From NCBI GenBank assembly GCA_050273025.1, contig CP158635.1:30380001-30444000 (forward strand): a DNA stretch of 64,000 nt, given 5' to 3'. The translations under genes were made by a program, and so were the position numbers. Shown here in pieces: positions 1 to 11,957 of the stretch. Every line of letters begins with the position of its first letter. The stretch's first letter is position 1. Below the pieces are notes generated by a model. It made no database searches and had not been told where the DNA came from. It worked only from the letters and a program-made list of their open reading frames with translations. The stretch is from Cenococcum geophilum. Taxonomy: Eukaryota.

Positions 1-964
1 TAAATAGAGTAATCTAGTACCTATATAGCATAAGGAGCAGAGTAATCTACTATAGAGGAAATAAGGAAGGAATAAACGGTAGAAGGAAAGATAAAGGAAT
101 ACGCGATAAAGGACGAGATAATAGAAGAGACGGTAGAAGTAAAGCGCAATTATTTATCTATACTAGCAACGCATTATTTACGGACAACTCTATTAATAGA
201 AAGAGCTTATAAGGATATATTATAAAGCTATTCGGGGGACCGATCGCCTAGAGAGTAAATAAGCAGGATATAGTAACGACGTTAAGCACAGAAGCTAAGC
301 TATTAGCCCTATTACAGATAGCAAAGGAAGCTATCTTTATTAGTAGGCTACTTAAAGTAATAACGTTAAGGCTAAACGAGCCCTTAATTATTAATTGCAA
401 TAATACCTAGACACTCTAATTAATTATAGAAGACACGGTAAAGCTGATCACAAAGCTCTAATACGTCAATATCTATTAACACTAGTTACGTTAAGAATAC
501 GCAATAAGACGAGTACTATTTTAATAAAAAGCGACGAAGGAGATAATCGCTAATAGACTTACGAAGGCCCTGCCTAAGTAGAGGTTTAAGAGCTTTATTA
601 ATATAATTGGAATGGTGGATATTAAGGAACGGCTAGTTAAGGAGAAGTAACTAGAGGACTTAAGGGAGAATATTAGAGCGAGACGGAAGGATTCAGATAA
701 GATTATAGTTTAATTAACGCATTGACGGACATGAAAAGGTGGTTAGCTTCGCCCTCGACTAGGTTAAAGCAAAAGGGGTATGTTAGATAATCTATATTCT
801 ATGTAGTGTAGGACGTGCATAAGTTACGTGTAAGTGTATACCTCTCTATTATAGCTTAGAGCCTAAGGGGCCCAAGGGTCAAGACAACTATTAAGGTTAA
901 GACCAAGATCATCAATTAATTAACCTATTTCATTAATAAAGAGCTCTATATACACTATCTGACA
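1..964 (+). mobile_element. Ty1/Copia LTR retrotransposon, 3' end (RIP-degenerate RNase H, polypurine tract (PPT), 3' LTR); runs off the left edge
   Basis: RIP-reverted reading gives Copia RNase H motifs: T-EAELLAL (~285-310), CDN (~395), KLRHVDIHQHWLRQE (~453-497), MIADGLTKAL (~543-572). PPT aaaagggg at 771-778 precedes the LTR. Confidence 0.88.
781..964 (+). repeat. Copia 3' LTR (184 bp)
   Basis: tgttagata...tatctgaca: TG...CA ends with a short terminal inverted repeat, just after the PPT. Confidence 0.8.
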
Positions 965-1310
965 ATTATAGGAGGGTAGATTAATTTTGTTAAAGTTAAT
1001 AAAGTCTTTTTATATAAATAGTGTTTAGGTTTTTTATAAAGCTTGCTAGAGTTTTCTAGACTAAGAAAACGATTGCCGTCCTAAATTAGCTTAGTAGATA
1101 GTGCGGATATTTTTATATCCGTAAAATCGATTTCTTAGTTTAAGCCTCTAAGGTAAAAAAAATCCGCACTAATAGAATTATATTTAAGCCTGCTAAGGTA
1201 ACTATATAGGGGCAATTAGGGTGGATAAACTAGGAAAGAAAATTAAGGAAGGAATCCTATAACGCTAGCTACGCGTATCGCGTAGCGCATAGAATGGGCG
1301 TCCTGTAACA
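965..1310. repeat. Possible solo LTR, hit at its very start by the Copia insertion
   Basis: Ends tcctgtaaca (1301-1310) and begins attatagga, compatible with a RIP-mutated (t)gttacagga inverted terminus. No second copy in the window. Confidence 0.4.
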
Positions 1311-2274
1311 GTTAATATTCTCTTTTAATTAGGCATTATTTCTATAAATAGTAGGCTAATATAATTACTTAATAAATCCTATATATTTCTACGAGAATAG
1401 TAACTACGTCCTTATTTTCCGGTCCTCTATTAAAAGAGAGTTATCTAAATACTCCCTATCTATAGGAATTTCGCTACCGCTTTATATATTATATTTATTA
1501 AAGCTTTTACCTCTTACTAGCCTAAAAGGTACTCTCTAGCTACTACTAGCTATTACTTTCTTAATTTAGCCATTAGTATATAAATAATATCTATTAAGGT
1601 TCGTTTTTAAAGGGTATCTATAGCCGTTATAGCTGCGCCTTAACTACCTAGTTATTTAGACTAGGTAGTAGACATCCTAATTACTAGGACAGCTTAATCG
1701 CCATAATTAATTAATTATACCATTTATTTAAATACTATACAACTACCATAATAAGCGATTATCTATTAATTAAAAACCAGGTCGCTTGCTTTACTTAAGC
1801 AATTTATAATAATAAATATTCCTTAATTGCAGAAGTAACGCGTAAGAATCCTAACCTATACGGTTATATTAAGTAACGCGTTACTAGATAAAAGTTTTAA
1901 TTAAATCGACCTATAACGAATAGGCTACTTAATAATGCAGAAGAAGGAGGTATTGTCATCGGCAAAATATGGTACCCTTTCAATGGCCTCAATGGTTGGT
2001 GGTTAACGCAATTGGCGCGCAGTTGAGGTCATTTGGCAACTCGACCGACAAGCCTATGTCGTGTTTTTTTAACACGTAGCCTACGCGCAGCCTGTGTGTA
2101 ACCTGCGCGTAACCTACCAGCAATCTACGCATTTAGCAACTATAATTATATTTACCTCTTTTATACTAATAGCATATTTTAAATAAATAAAAGCTACTTT
2201 AAAGCTATTTATAAGGCTAGTAAAATAAATATTATTATTTTAGATAATTTAATATAATATAGCGATGGTTCTCT

Positions 2275-2585
2275 TCTACCTATCTACCTATTAACTTACC
2301 TACCTGCCTGCATCGCCTACCTGTCTGCATCGCATCTGCTTACCTGTCTGTATCTACCTACCTGTCTGCATCTACTTGCCTATCTATATCTGCTTACCTA
2401 TCTATATCTACCTACCTATCTGCATCTACTTGCCTATCTGCATCTGCTTACCTATCTGTATCTGCCTACCTATCTGCATCTACTTACCTGTCTGCATCTG
2501 CTTACCTGTCTATATCTGCCTACCTATCTGCATCTGCCTACCCGTCAGCATCTCCCTGTTTGTGCCTACCTGTCTATGCTACCTT
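2275..2585. repeat. ~18-bp tandem array (tctgcatctgcttacctg-like)
   Basis: Direct tandem periodicity; produces the spurious LPICIC ORF. Confidence 0.9.
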
Positions 2586-2635
2586 GATTCGATCAATCGA
2601 TCGAATCGTTTATAGTGTTCGCTGGCTAGTCGTTG

Positions 2636-2757
2636 TCGTCTGGCTCTGGCGACGGTCGTCTGGTTCTAGCGACGGTCGTCTGGCTCTGGCGACAGTCGTC
2701 TGGTTCTGGCGACGGTCGTCTGGTTCTAGCGATAGTCATCTAGTTCTGGCAACGGTC
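2636..2757. repeat. 20-bp tandem array (gtcgtctggctctggcgacg)
   Basis: About six head-to-tail units without spacers; a related array lies at 15134-15270. Confidence 0.9.
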
Positions 2758-2885
2758 CTCTGCTGGCTGCCGTTCTAATGCCTCCCTAGGTAGGGAGGAT
2801 GTAAGGAAGGAAGGAAGGGTAAAAAATAAGGCGGCTACATAGGCAGAGACACGTGTAGACGCTATCGGGAATATAGCGGGGACCC

Positions 2886-3139
2886 GATGCAGAGCTTCGT
2901 GTAGAGCCTCCGTACGCAGAGCTTCGCGCAGAGCCTTGTGCAGAGCCTCTGTACGTAGAGCTTCGTATAGAGCTTCGTGTAGAGCTTCGTGTAGAGCCTC
3001 CGTACGCAGAGCTTCGCGCAGAGCCTCGTGCAGGGCCTCTGTACGTAGAGCTTCGTGTAGAGCTTCGTGTAGAGCTTCGTGTAGAGCTTCGTGTAGAGCT
3101 TCGTGTAGAGCCTTGTGCAGAGCCTCGTGCAAAGCCTCT
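2886..3139. repeat. 12-bp tandem array (gtagagcttcgt; 'HEAL/CRAS' repeat)
   Basis: Tandem 12-mers with occasional 15-bp variants; same unit at 15445-15860 and, inverted, at 30772-31075. Confidence 0.92.
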
Positions 3140-3280
3140 AAGTAATAAGACTATGTAAGATTATATAAGATTACGTAATTGGTATATAACTTTACCTTAA
3201 TTGCATGTTAAGGAATATATAGTTAGCTTTTAAAGTTGTTAAGTAGGTTAACTGCGTATTATTTAACTTTTAAATATATT

Positions 3281-3520
3281 AAGTTAGTTAATTACGTGTT
3301 AATTGCGTGTTAAGTTAGTTAAATTGTGTGTTAAGTTGGTTAATTGCATATTAAGTTAGTTAAATTGCGTATTAAGTTAGTTAATTGCATATTAAGTTAG
3401 TCCAATTGCGTGTTAAGTTAGTTAATTGCATGTTAAGTTGGTCTAATTACGTGTTAAGTTAGTTAATTATATGTTAAGTTGGTTAATTGCGTGTTAAGTT
3501 AGTTAAATTGCATATTAATT
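3281..3520. repeat. 21-22-bp subterminal tandem array (aagttagttaattgcgtgtt-like)
   Basis: About ten tandem units just inside the right end of copy A. Confidence 0.85.
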
Positions 3521-4109
3521 ACGCGAAACGCGCCACATAAAGTCTACTTAAATCTTATCCTGCGAATATTTTCCTAATAGTGCTATAGATAACATGGCTA
3601 AATAATATTAGGCAACACCCTAGCATTTTTATACTTAAACAATTCGTTAATCGCATTCTTATTAACTGTTATTTAGATCATATAAAACTATTACCTACCT
3701 GCGGTACTAAATAAGCTATATACTTCTATAAGCGCTAAAAGGTTATACTTAAAACTAAGGTACCTAAAAAAGCAAAGAGACAGGCTGCTAAAGATCCTAT
3801 TTTTATAAAAGAGTAATTTAATACGTTAGGGAGGAATATTAAAAAGTACGCGATATAGTATAAAGATATATATAATATAAACGAATTAGGTATACGTATA
3901 GGGCAAGGTAAGAAAAAAAAGGTACTTATTATCTATAATAACGCGGCATAATACAAGGCAGGTAAGGCGTTTAGCTATAAAACAATTACAATTATAGAGA
4001 TAAATTGCGTGGACGGCCATGTTATCCCGCCTCTTATTATCTTTAAAAGTAAGACCTATTAGATATACTGGTACTCAAAAACAACAAGTTTTAATAGCTA
4101 TACTATTGG

Positions 4110-7100
4110 TGTTACGGAGTAAGTATAAGTGACGATAATATATAGCAAAGTAGATATTATTAAGCTATATACATAAACTGTATAATAAAATTAAGACGTT
4201 GCGTAAGAAAAGAAGGTAGGAAAATGGGAAGAAAGAGTATATATTATGGACTTAGTTACTTAGTTAATATATATACGGAGCAGAATAAAGTTTAGGTAGT
4301 AGTTCTGGCAGAACTTAGTAGAACTTAGTGGAATATAGCAGAATATAGTAGATTGCCGTTAGATTACCGCAGATTGCTATTAAATTGCTGTCTTATAGTT
4401 AGTCTCTAGTTACTAAGTTACTAAGTTAGTAGAAATAAGTAGATATATATAAGGTGTTATAAGGGTATTCTATAACAGTACCCCCCCTTTAAACTTAGGC
4501 TTCTGCGAGGTAGGGTTATAGTAGTTCTAAATAGAGTTTATAAAAGTCTTCTACGGTTTATATAAGTCCTATAAAGTTAATAGGTTCCTATAAGGGCATA
4601 GTAAAGCCTCTTTATTTTATAAGATATATATATTAGCGTTTCTGTTTATTATACTTAATATTATTAATTCTTTTAATAAAGTACTTATTCTTACTATCTA
4701 CTTTAACTAGTAGGGGAGGGTCTTATATTTATTTAGGCAGGGCGTCTAATATAGGAGTAGTAGGGCGAAGGACTAATATATAGAATATAGGGTGGATTTT
4801 AACCGTATTAGGGAGCTTTAATTAATAGGCGTAAGAGGAAATAACCTTCTTAACCTTATAAGGGCCAGCGTTCTTTTAATTAAGTTTCTTAGTAGGTTAT
4901 TTTATATTTAGATTTCTTATATCTAGCTAGATAAAGTTACTAATTTAATAAGCTAGTGCTAGGGTTTATTTCTTATTCGCTGCGGCTTTATAGATAAATT
5001 AGGCCTATATTATTTCGTTAGTAAGAAACTATTATAGTTCCTCTATCTTTTTTATAAATTTATTTACTTTTATAATTTATAAGGCGTAATAAGCGGGGCG
5101 AGGAATATTACTAAAAGGTTTAAAACCCATTTATAGATATTAGCCATAGTTAGCCAGGAATAGAAAGACCTTTATAATTTCTAAGACGGAATTATTTATA
5201 GTAAACTTAATAAATATAAGCTAGTTAATCTAGTTATCTTATAAATATAACGTGTATATCCGGATGTATTATTCTATTATAGCGTTTATATATTTAGTTT
5301 AACCGTCTATTTCTAGGTAATATATAATAGATAGCAGTGCTTTAATATAGAGTTAGGTAGTTAGTTCTTTTTAAAATATAGAGATAAACTAGCTGCCTCT
5401 ATTAGAGATAATTATTTTAGGGAGTTTATAAAATTTCTATACGTAATCTAGAAATAGTTAAGTAATAGTAGGCGTTAATATATCGGGGCAGGCGATTAAG
5501 TACCTTATCTTAGATAGTTGGTTTATAACTACTATAATATTTATACAGCCTTTGCTTATAGGGAGATTAATAATAAAGTTAATTAAGATATCATTTTATC
5601 TTTGGTCTGGAATAGGTAGTGGCTTTAGGAGGCCGTTATACATCCTATATAAAGCTTTAGCTTATTAGCAGATATAGCAGCTAGAGACGTACCTTCGTAT
5701 TATATTATATATATTTAGCTAGTAATACTCCCGTTAAAGTACCTTTAGGGTTTTTACTTAGCCCGGGTAGCTGGTAATAGATAGGTTATATACGTGTTTA
5801 AGGAGCTTAAGCTAAAGTTTGTCGTAGTTAAGAATAACTAGGCAATTCCGATAATATAAGCGGTTTCTATAAGCTTTATATTTACTTAGAGAAATCCTTT
5901 TAAAGCGTCTCTTAGATAAACTTATTATTTAAATATTCGTTAATTATAATCTATTTAATTAATTAATTGGTTATTTTAAGGACGTGTACTATAAGGTCTT
6001 TAGTAGGGGGATTAAATAGTTTAGGATAAAGCAGGGTTTAATTTTAGTAAGAGCGCGCTTTTTTTAGTACTAGCGTATCTTGCAAGCGTCGGGTTAAGGT
6101 ATTAGGCTTCTAACCTTAAACGCCTAAATAGTATATAATTAAGAATTAGAAATAGGATAAGTATTCTAACTAATAGGCCTAGCGGTAGCTTAGCTGTTCT
6201 ACAGTTATAAAGTACTATAGATTCTTATAGTTGCTAAGGACCTTAATTAGAAATCCGGCGCGTTTTAGTTCGGGTTACTATTATTTAAAATATCTAATAA
6301 TAGCCAGTAATTCTTTATTATAGATCTTATAGTTATATTTAGCTAGGCTTAGTCGTTTTAAAAAGTATGCTATAGGGTGCAATACTCTATCCTTATTATA
6401 TTAAGACAGGATACCTTTAGTAATATAGTTAGATAAATTAGCTTTTATAACACTTATTTGGTTTAGGTTAAAGTATTAAAGTATAAGCGCGGTAGTAAAT
6501 ATAACCTTTAGATAAATAAAGACCTTTTTATATTCCTTATTAAAGATAAAGGCTTTATTTTTTTAGGTTAAAGCTATAAGGGGTAAAACTAGGGCGGAGA
6601 AGTTATTAATAAACTATTAGTAGAAATTAGCAAATCCTATAAAGGCTCTTACGTCCTTAACATTCTTAGGTTCTTACCAGTTTATAATTACTTTAACTTT
6701 CTTTAAGTCTATTTATATACCGTTTATAAAAATAAAAAGCCTAAGGTATGGGACTTCTATTTTATAGAATTTGTATTTATCTCTATCTAATTATAGACTA
6801 GCTCCTTATAGGGCTTATAGGATAAAATTAACGTGTTTTTAATATTTGGTTAGGTTATTACTATTTATTAAGATGTTGTTAATATAAGTAGTATAGAAGA
6901 TATCTAGGTAAAGACGTAGGGTATTATTTATATAATATTAAACCGAGCTCGGAGCGTTTGTGAGGCTGAAGGGTATTATTAAGTATTTAAATAATCTATA
7001 CCGAGTATGAAATATAATAAGCTATTTATCTCCTTTTATAATATAGAGATAATATTAAGCTTTGTATAGTAGCAAGCCTTATTTAATTAGTTTAGCGTCT

Positions 7101-10100
7101 CTTATATTAATGGGATTGGATATTAGTTTTTAACGGTAACGGCGTTAAGAGCTTAGTAGTCTATATAGAAGCGTAGGTCGCCGCCAGGTTTCTTAATAAA
7201 GATTACTAGTATGGCTATAGGTAACAAGCTTGCTCTAATAAATCCTTTACTTAGGTTCTCGTCTAAATACTTTTATAGCACTTAGAGTTTATTTTAAGAC
7301 ATTTTATATAAGGGTCTAAATCTAGGCTGCTTTCCTTTTTTAAGTATAATCTTATAGTTATACGGTTAGTATTCCGGTAGCTTATTAGCTTCCTTTTATA
7401 AAAATATATCTAGGCGGTAATAATACTCTACTAGTACCTTTATAGCAGGGTTAGTATACTTCTTTAGTACTAAGGCCTTCTTAATATTAGCTATTATAAT
7501 AGTAAAGATTATATATTCGGTTTTCTTAGTAAGTTACGCTAGTGGGGTAGCTTTAATTATACGGATATCTAGGGTGTTAAACTTACTTAGGTCGTCTATA
7601 GTTTCTTATATAGATTCTTGTTCGGCTTTAGGTTTAGTATTAAATATAAAGTTGGCGTTAAATTTAGGTTCGGGTTCTTTAAGTATACTCTTTATAGTAG
7701 AGTGCCAGTCCTTCTAGTATTTTCGTATAATAAGCTTAAGCTTTTACTTAGCGCGAAGTAGTATAGTGCTTAGGGTCTATTTATAGAGTTTAGTGGAATT
7801 TTTAGATCCTTAGTAAATATTGGTAGAATTCTTATATTAGTGGAGTTTGGTGGGTTCCTTAGGCGTAGGGTAGATATTAGTGGAAATCTTAGGCTGGTAG
7901 ATTTTAGTAGATTTCTTAGATTTTAGTTTAGGGTTAAGGTAGTGCGTTATAAAGTATTCTTACTTATAACGTGGGGCAGTAAATAGAAGCTTAAGGTTAT
8001 TATAATTAATAACTACCTTATATAGCTTTATCCAGGGCTATTTAAGGATTACTAGATAACCTAATATAGTAATAAAAAGCTTAATCAGTTCTTTATAGTT
8101 TAGGTATTAGAGTCTTGGGGCTACCATATAGGTAATACGGCCTAAGACGGTGCGTTTACTATTAAATCTAAATATATTAATATGCTGGTTAAGGAGGATT
8201 AGGGTAAAACTATTATCTTATATAAAGATCTTGTTAATAAATCCTATACCGCTAGCTTCTATATTAATTAAAACTTAAGTATTAGCCTATTAACTATTCT
8301 GCTAAAAATAATAGTTAACGGTTATACTATAATCCTAAGAGTTAGAGTTTGTAATATTTAAAGTATTTAATAAAATCCTAAAGCAGAGCCGTTCTAGAGA
8401 GCGATTTAGCTCTAGGACTTTCCTTTTAGAGGTAATTAGGGCGGAGTTTTTATAGAGTATTGGTTATAGCTTTATCCTTATAAGTAGTGTTTATTAAAAG
8501 ATAAGTTAGAGCCGGATAACGATTAGGGTTAGTAGATAGGGCTTAATTAAGGTAATTAGTTATTTATACTAGTTGTTTATTTATATATTTAGGATAATAG
8601 GATACTGCCTATACTAGTTATTTATATATATATTTAGGGTAACGGAATAGAGTAGTAACTTAAGATATAAGCGTCGCTTTTATATTTAAAATAAAGACCA
8701 TGTTTAATACGTTATTTATATTTAGCAGATCCTTTTAGTGCGTAAAAGAGGGTTTTAGCGTTAATATCTATAGCGTTTAGGTCTTTGCGATTTCTAGGCG
8801 GCTAAGGGATAGAGTATTAAGGTATATATTTTAGAGTAAGGCGTAGTATATAATTATATAAGCCATTAATAACACTAGCGCAGGTAGTAACAGTTTCTAG
8901 CAGTATAACTTCTATAAGAAATACTTTTAATTTAGGGTTTAAAGATTCTATTAGGCGGTTAATTAAGGTAAATTCGTTCTATCTAGTTTCTTTAGCATAG
9001 TGGTAGAACTTAGTAAAGTATAACAGGAAGCTCTTAGAGCCTTATACTATCCTATTTAGTTTCCTTTATATAGTAGAAGTTTATTTAGCATTAGCAAATT
9101 ATGCGGTGCCAAGACCCTAAAGCTCCTAGAGCCCTCCTAGAGCCTCCTAACAGTCCTGACAAAAACCTGCCAGGAACCTACCAGGGCCCTATTAGGGCCT
9201 AAACGGAACTTCCGTATAACACTTACACTCAGAGTTCCTATTAGGGGCCTAATCGGACGGTTAGTGCTGTCGGGTCCCCGCTAGGGCCCAATAGGACTGA
9301 CAGGAGGCCACACACTTTTCCTAATGTAGGGTCGCTATAAGAGGCTTTTAGTATAGTAACTAGCTCTTTTACGGTGTTTAGTTAAAACGGGTATATAGTT
9401 TCTATAGCGTCTCTAGTTAAGCGGCTTATAGCGTAACGCAACTGGCTATTAGGAGTGGGGTAGCAATTAATATTACTATTTAGCTTATTCTTAAGTTAGT
9501 TAAAAAAGGAGCCTAGTTTATTTCTTTTATCTAAATAGGCGGGAGAATTAGGGAGACGTTTAGTTAACTTCTTTATAAGAATACTAGTCGGCGAATTTAG
9601 GGTTAAGAAGCTAGTTTTAAACACGTTTTTTCCACCTAGTGTTTATAGGTTAATACCGATAGGGGTAAGTAGGGGTAATAGTATAGCAGATGGTGGGTTT
9701 TAGCGGATCTCTTTAATTTCTTTTTTTAGAGATTTAATTAACTTATAATATCGGGCTTTTTAACGGGTAAAAGTATCCGCAAAAGCCTATGGCAGAGCCT
9801 CTATTTATTCAGTAAATATAGTATATAGGTCTTTTATAGATATAGGGGCTTTCGGGTTATTCTATATACTAATTAAGGCGGTATAAGGTATAGGTTTAAT
9901 GTAATAAAGTATTATAGAGTAAGTATAAGCGACAATAATATATAGCAAAGTAGATATTATTAAGCTATATATATAAACTATATAATAAGATTAAGATATT
10001 ATATAAGGAAAGAAGGTAGGAAAATAGGAAGAAAGGGTATATATTATGGACTTAGTTGCTTAGTTAATATATATATAAAGCAGAATAGAGTTTAAGTGGT

Positions 10101-10288
10101 AGTCCTGGCAGAACTTAGTATGATTAGTAGAACTTAGTAGAACTTAGTAGAATATAGTAGAATGCGGTAGATTGCCGTTAGATTGCTGCAGATTACTATT
10201 AAATTACCGTCTTGTAGTCAGTCTCTAGTTGTTAAGTTGGTAGAAATAGGTGGATATATATAAGGTATTACGGGAGTATCCTATAACA
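4110..10288 (-). mobile_element. Ty3/Gypsy chromovirus family G4, copy a (full length, RIP-degenerate)
   Basis: LTRs 4110-4477 and 9910-10288; TSD ATTGG (4105-4109, 10289-10293); PPT as a C-run at 4481-4487. Minus-strand gag, protease (~8250-8275), RT (~6870-7300), RNase H, integrase and chromodomain; homologous to 27485-34896. Confidence 0.93.
9089..9326. mobile_element. Miniature CATC-ended element (copy B, 238 bp) inserted in G4a gag
   Basis: cattagcaaa...cttttcctaatg ends match copy A. TAG duplicated (9086-9088, 9327-9329). GC-richer, with internal short repeats, and absent from the sibling gag near 28435. Confidence 0.75.
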
Positions 10289-11904
10289 ATTGGTATTAGT
10301 AATACGGCGTATATAAATAATAAGATTGCGCTTAAATAGATTAAATACTTTAATCTTTATATGTAAAACCGGACTAAGGGTATATATAGACTGCTTATTT
10401 TTAATGGCCTTAGCTCTTATAAAACGCTAAAATTTATATAATACTATATTAATTATAAGATCTTACTAGTCTACTTTCCCTTATATCTAATGTATAAAAT
10501 ATAGCCGCTTAATATAGTTATATTTTAGCCCTTTAAGTACTAATATAGTAAGGCTGTAAACTAGGCTTACTATACTAGCGAATTTAAAATTAATATGATG
10601 GATTTTTTTTACCTTATTTTTAACGTATAGAAACATATATTTAAAAAGGGAATAATTAAAGCAGTATTTATAGAGACTGGCCTTTACCTATTTAACCTAA
10701 AGAAGGTATTTAATAAGCTGCCTCTACTATATAAGGCTACATTAGAGAAGGACCTAATATTAACTATTAATATTGCTACACTAAGGACGATTAGGTAGGT
10801 AGGTAACCTAGCTTAGTATATTAGGTAAAACTAGTAGGAGTAGGAAAATAAGGACCTAAATAAGGCTATATAGAAATATATATACGGCGTAAAGATTTAG
10901 CTTTAGGCATTTAAATCTCTTAAATAGCAGCTAAAAAAGACTAAGGCTAAAAATAAGCAACGCTAAAAGTAGAAAGCTAATACTAGAAAGGCTATATACA
11001 AGTTTAGGGTAATTATAGTAGCTAAAGGCCGCTTACTAGCTAAAAAGAGGAAGATAGATAATAAAAAGAGGCTCGTAAATAAATATAAAAAGAAGGTTAA
11101 AATATTAACGCTAGAGCTTAAGACTCCTAATAACTTTAAGGATAAATATAATAAATGGGATAAGGCGCGTAAGCAGTAAAAAAACTTGTAATTATTAATA
11201 TAGTGGTGCTATATAATTAATTCTTTTAAACACTGGCGATTAAGCCGTCTTAGTAATTAGGATGTCTACTACCTAGTCTAAACAACTGGGTGGTTAAGGC
11301 ACAGCTATAACAGCCATAGATAGCTATCTAAATTAGATATAACGCTTCCCCTTCTCGCTTAGGTAAATATTTCTAGTACTTAGGATATTCCCCTATATAT
11401 TACTTAACTATTTTATAGAGTTTAGGCCACTAATTGTAAGGGATATTATTGCGGACACCTTAGGTTGCCCTTAGGATAACCCACGGATGCCCCTTAGATA
11501 GTCGCCGGTTATATACCAAAGGTATATACCCGTAGTATATAGTCTCTACAATCCTAAAGGCCTTGCCTCCTTAAGGATTTGTCTCTCTTACTAATTTATC
11601 CTATTCTACAATTATATCCTTACAGCCCCCTATCTATAAGATCCCCTTACATTTAAATCCTTCCTACTTCTTTTTAGAAGGGTAGTCGGCTTTAAGGACC
11701 AGATTATTTATTTATATCTTTTATTTATAACTACTATTGTGGTGGTGTAGGCTGGACGTCGCCTACTATCTTGGCATTTTCCTATATTTATAGAGCCTTC
11801 GTCTTCCTTTCTTCTTCCCTCTATTATATATATATTACGACCCTACCAGTTACCGGAAATACTCTCTTTTCTTTCTTTCTTACTAACTGTTCTACTAACT
11901 AATT

Positions 11905-11957
11905 ACGACTAACTAACCGACCGACCGACCGACCGACTGACTGACTGACTGACTGAC
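11905..11957. repeat. Tetranucleotide microsatellite (accg)n(actg)n in the G1 leader
   Basis: ccgaccgacc...ctgactgact seen directly. Confidence 0.9.

Larger units (their letters stand above)
1957..3579. mobile_element. Non-autonomous CATC-ended TIR element (copy A, 1623 bp) filled with minisatellites
   Basis: Ends catcggcaaaatat ... atattttcctaata (RIP form of ...tcctgatg). 2-bp TSD GT (1955-1956, 3580-3581); removal restores the transposase frame. Confidence 0.8.
1748..11193 (+). pseudogene. RIP-degenerate DDE_1 (pogo/Fot1) transposase in three pieces: ~1748-1956, 3582-4109, 10294-~11193
   Basis: NRLLDDAEEGGIV|LWITWLDNIG rejoins in frame across the 1957-3579 insert. IYNMDESG ~3870-3892, LLIFDGLSSH ~10391-10420, QPLD ~10502-10513. 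Outer limits approximate. Confidence 0.85.
1617..11320 (+). mobile_element. pogo/Fot1-type (Tc1/mariner superfamily) DNA transposon, interrupted by two insertions
   Basis: TIRs of ~88 bp (1617-1704 vs 11234-11320). TA on both sides (1615-1616, 11321-11322). Transposase remnants inside; ~1.9 kb once the inserts are removed. Confidence 0.9.

Noticed and set aside
2376..2615. Cys-rich LPICIC ORF (and CLPV-type ORFs at 31310-31659) as small effector or metallothionein genes
   Set aside because: Translations of low-complexity minisatellites, with overlapping frames and no signal peptide.
2636..2757. 20-bp partly palindromic repeats as a CRISPR array
   Set aside because: The units are head-to-tail with no unique spacers, there are no cas genes, and the context is a eukaryotic transposon.
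2740..3145. HEALHEAL / CRASCRAS ORFs (also 15371-15846 and 30557-31243) as repeat proteins
   Set aside because: They arise from a 12-bp tandem unit that is open in several frames on both strands, inside non-autonomous TIR elements; there is no unique coding flank.
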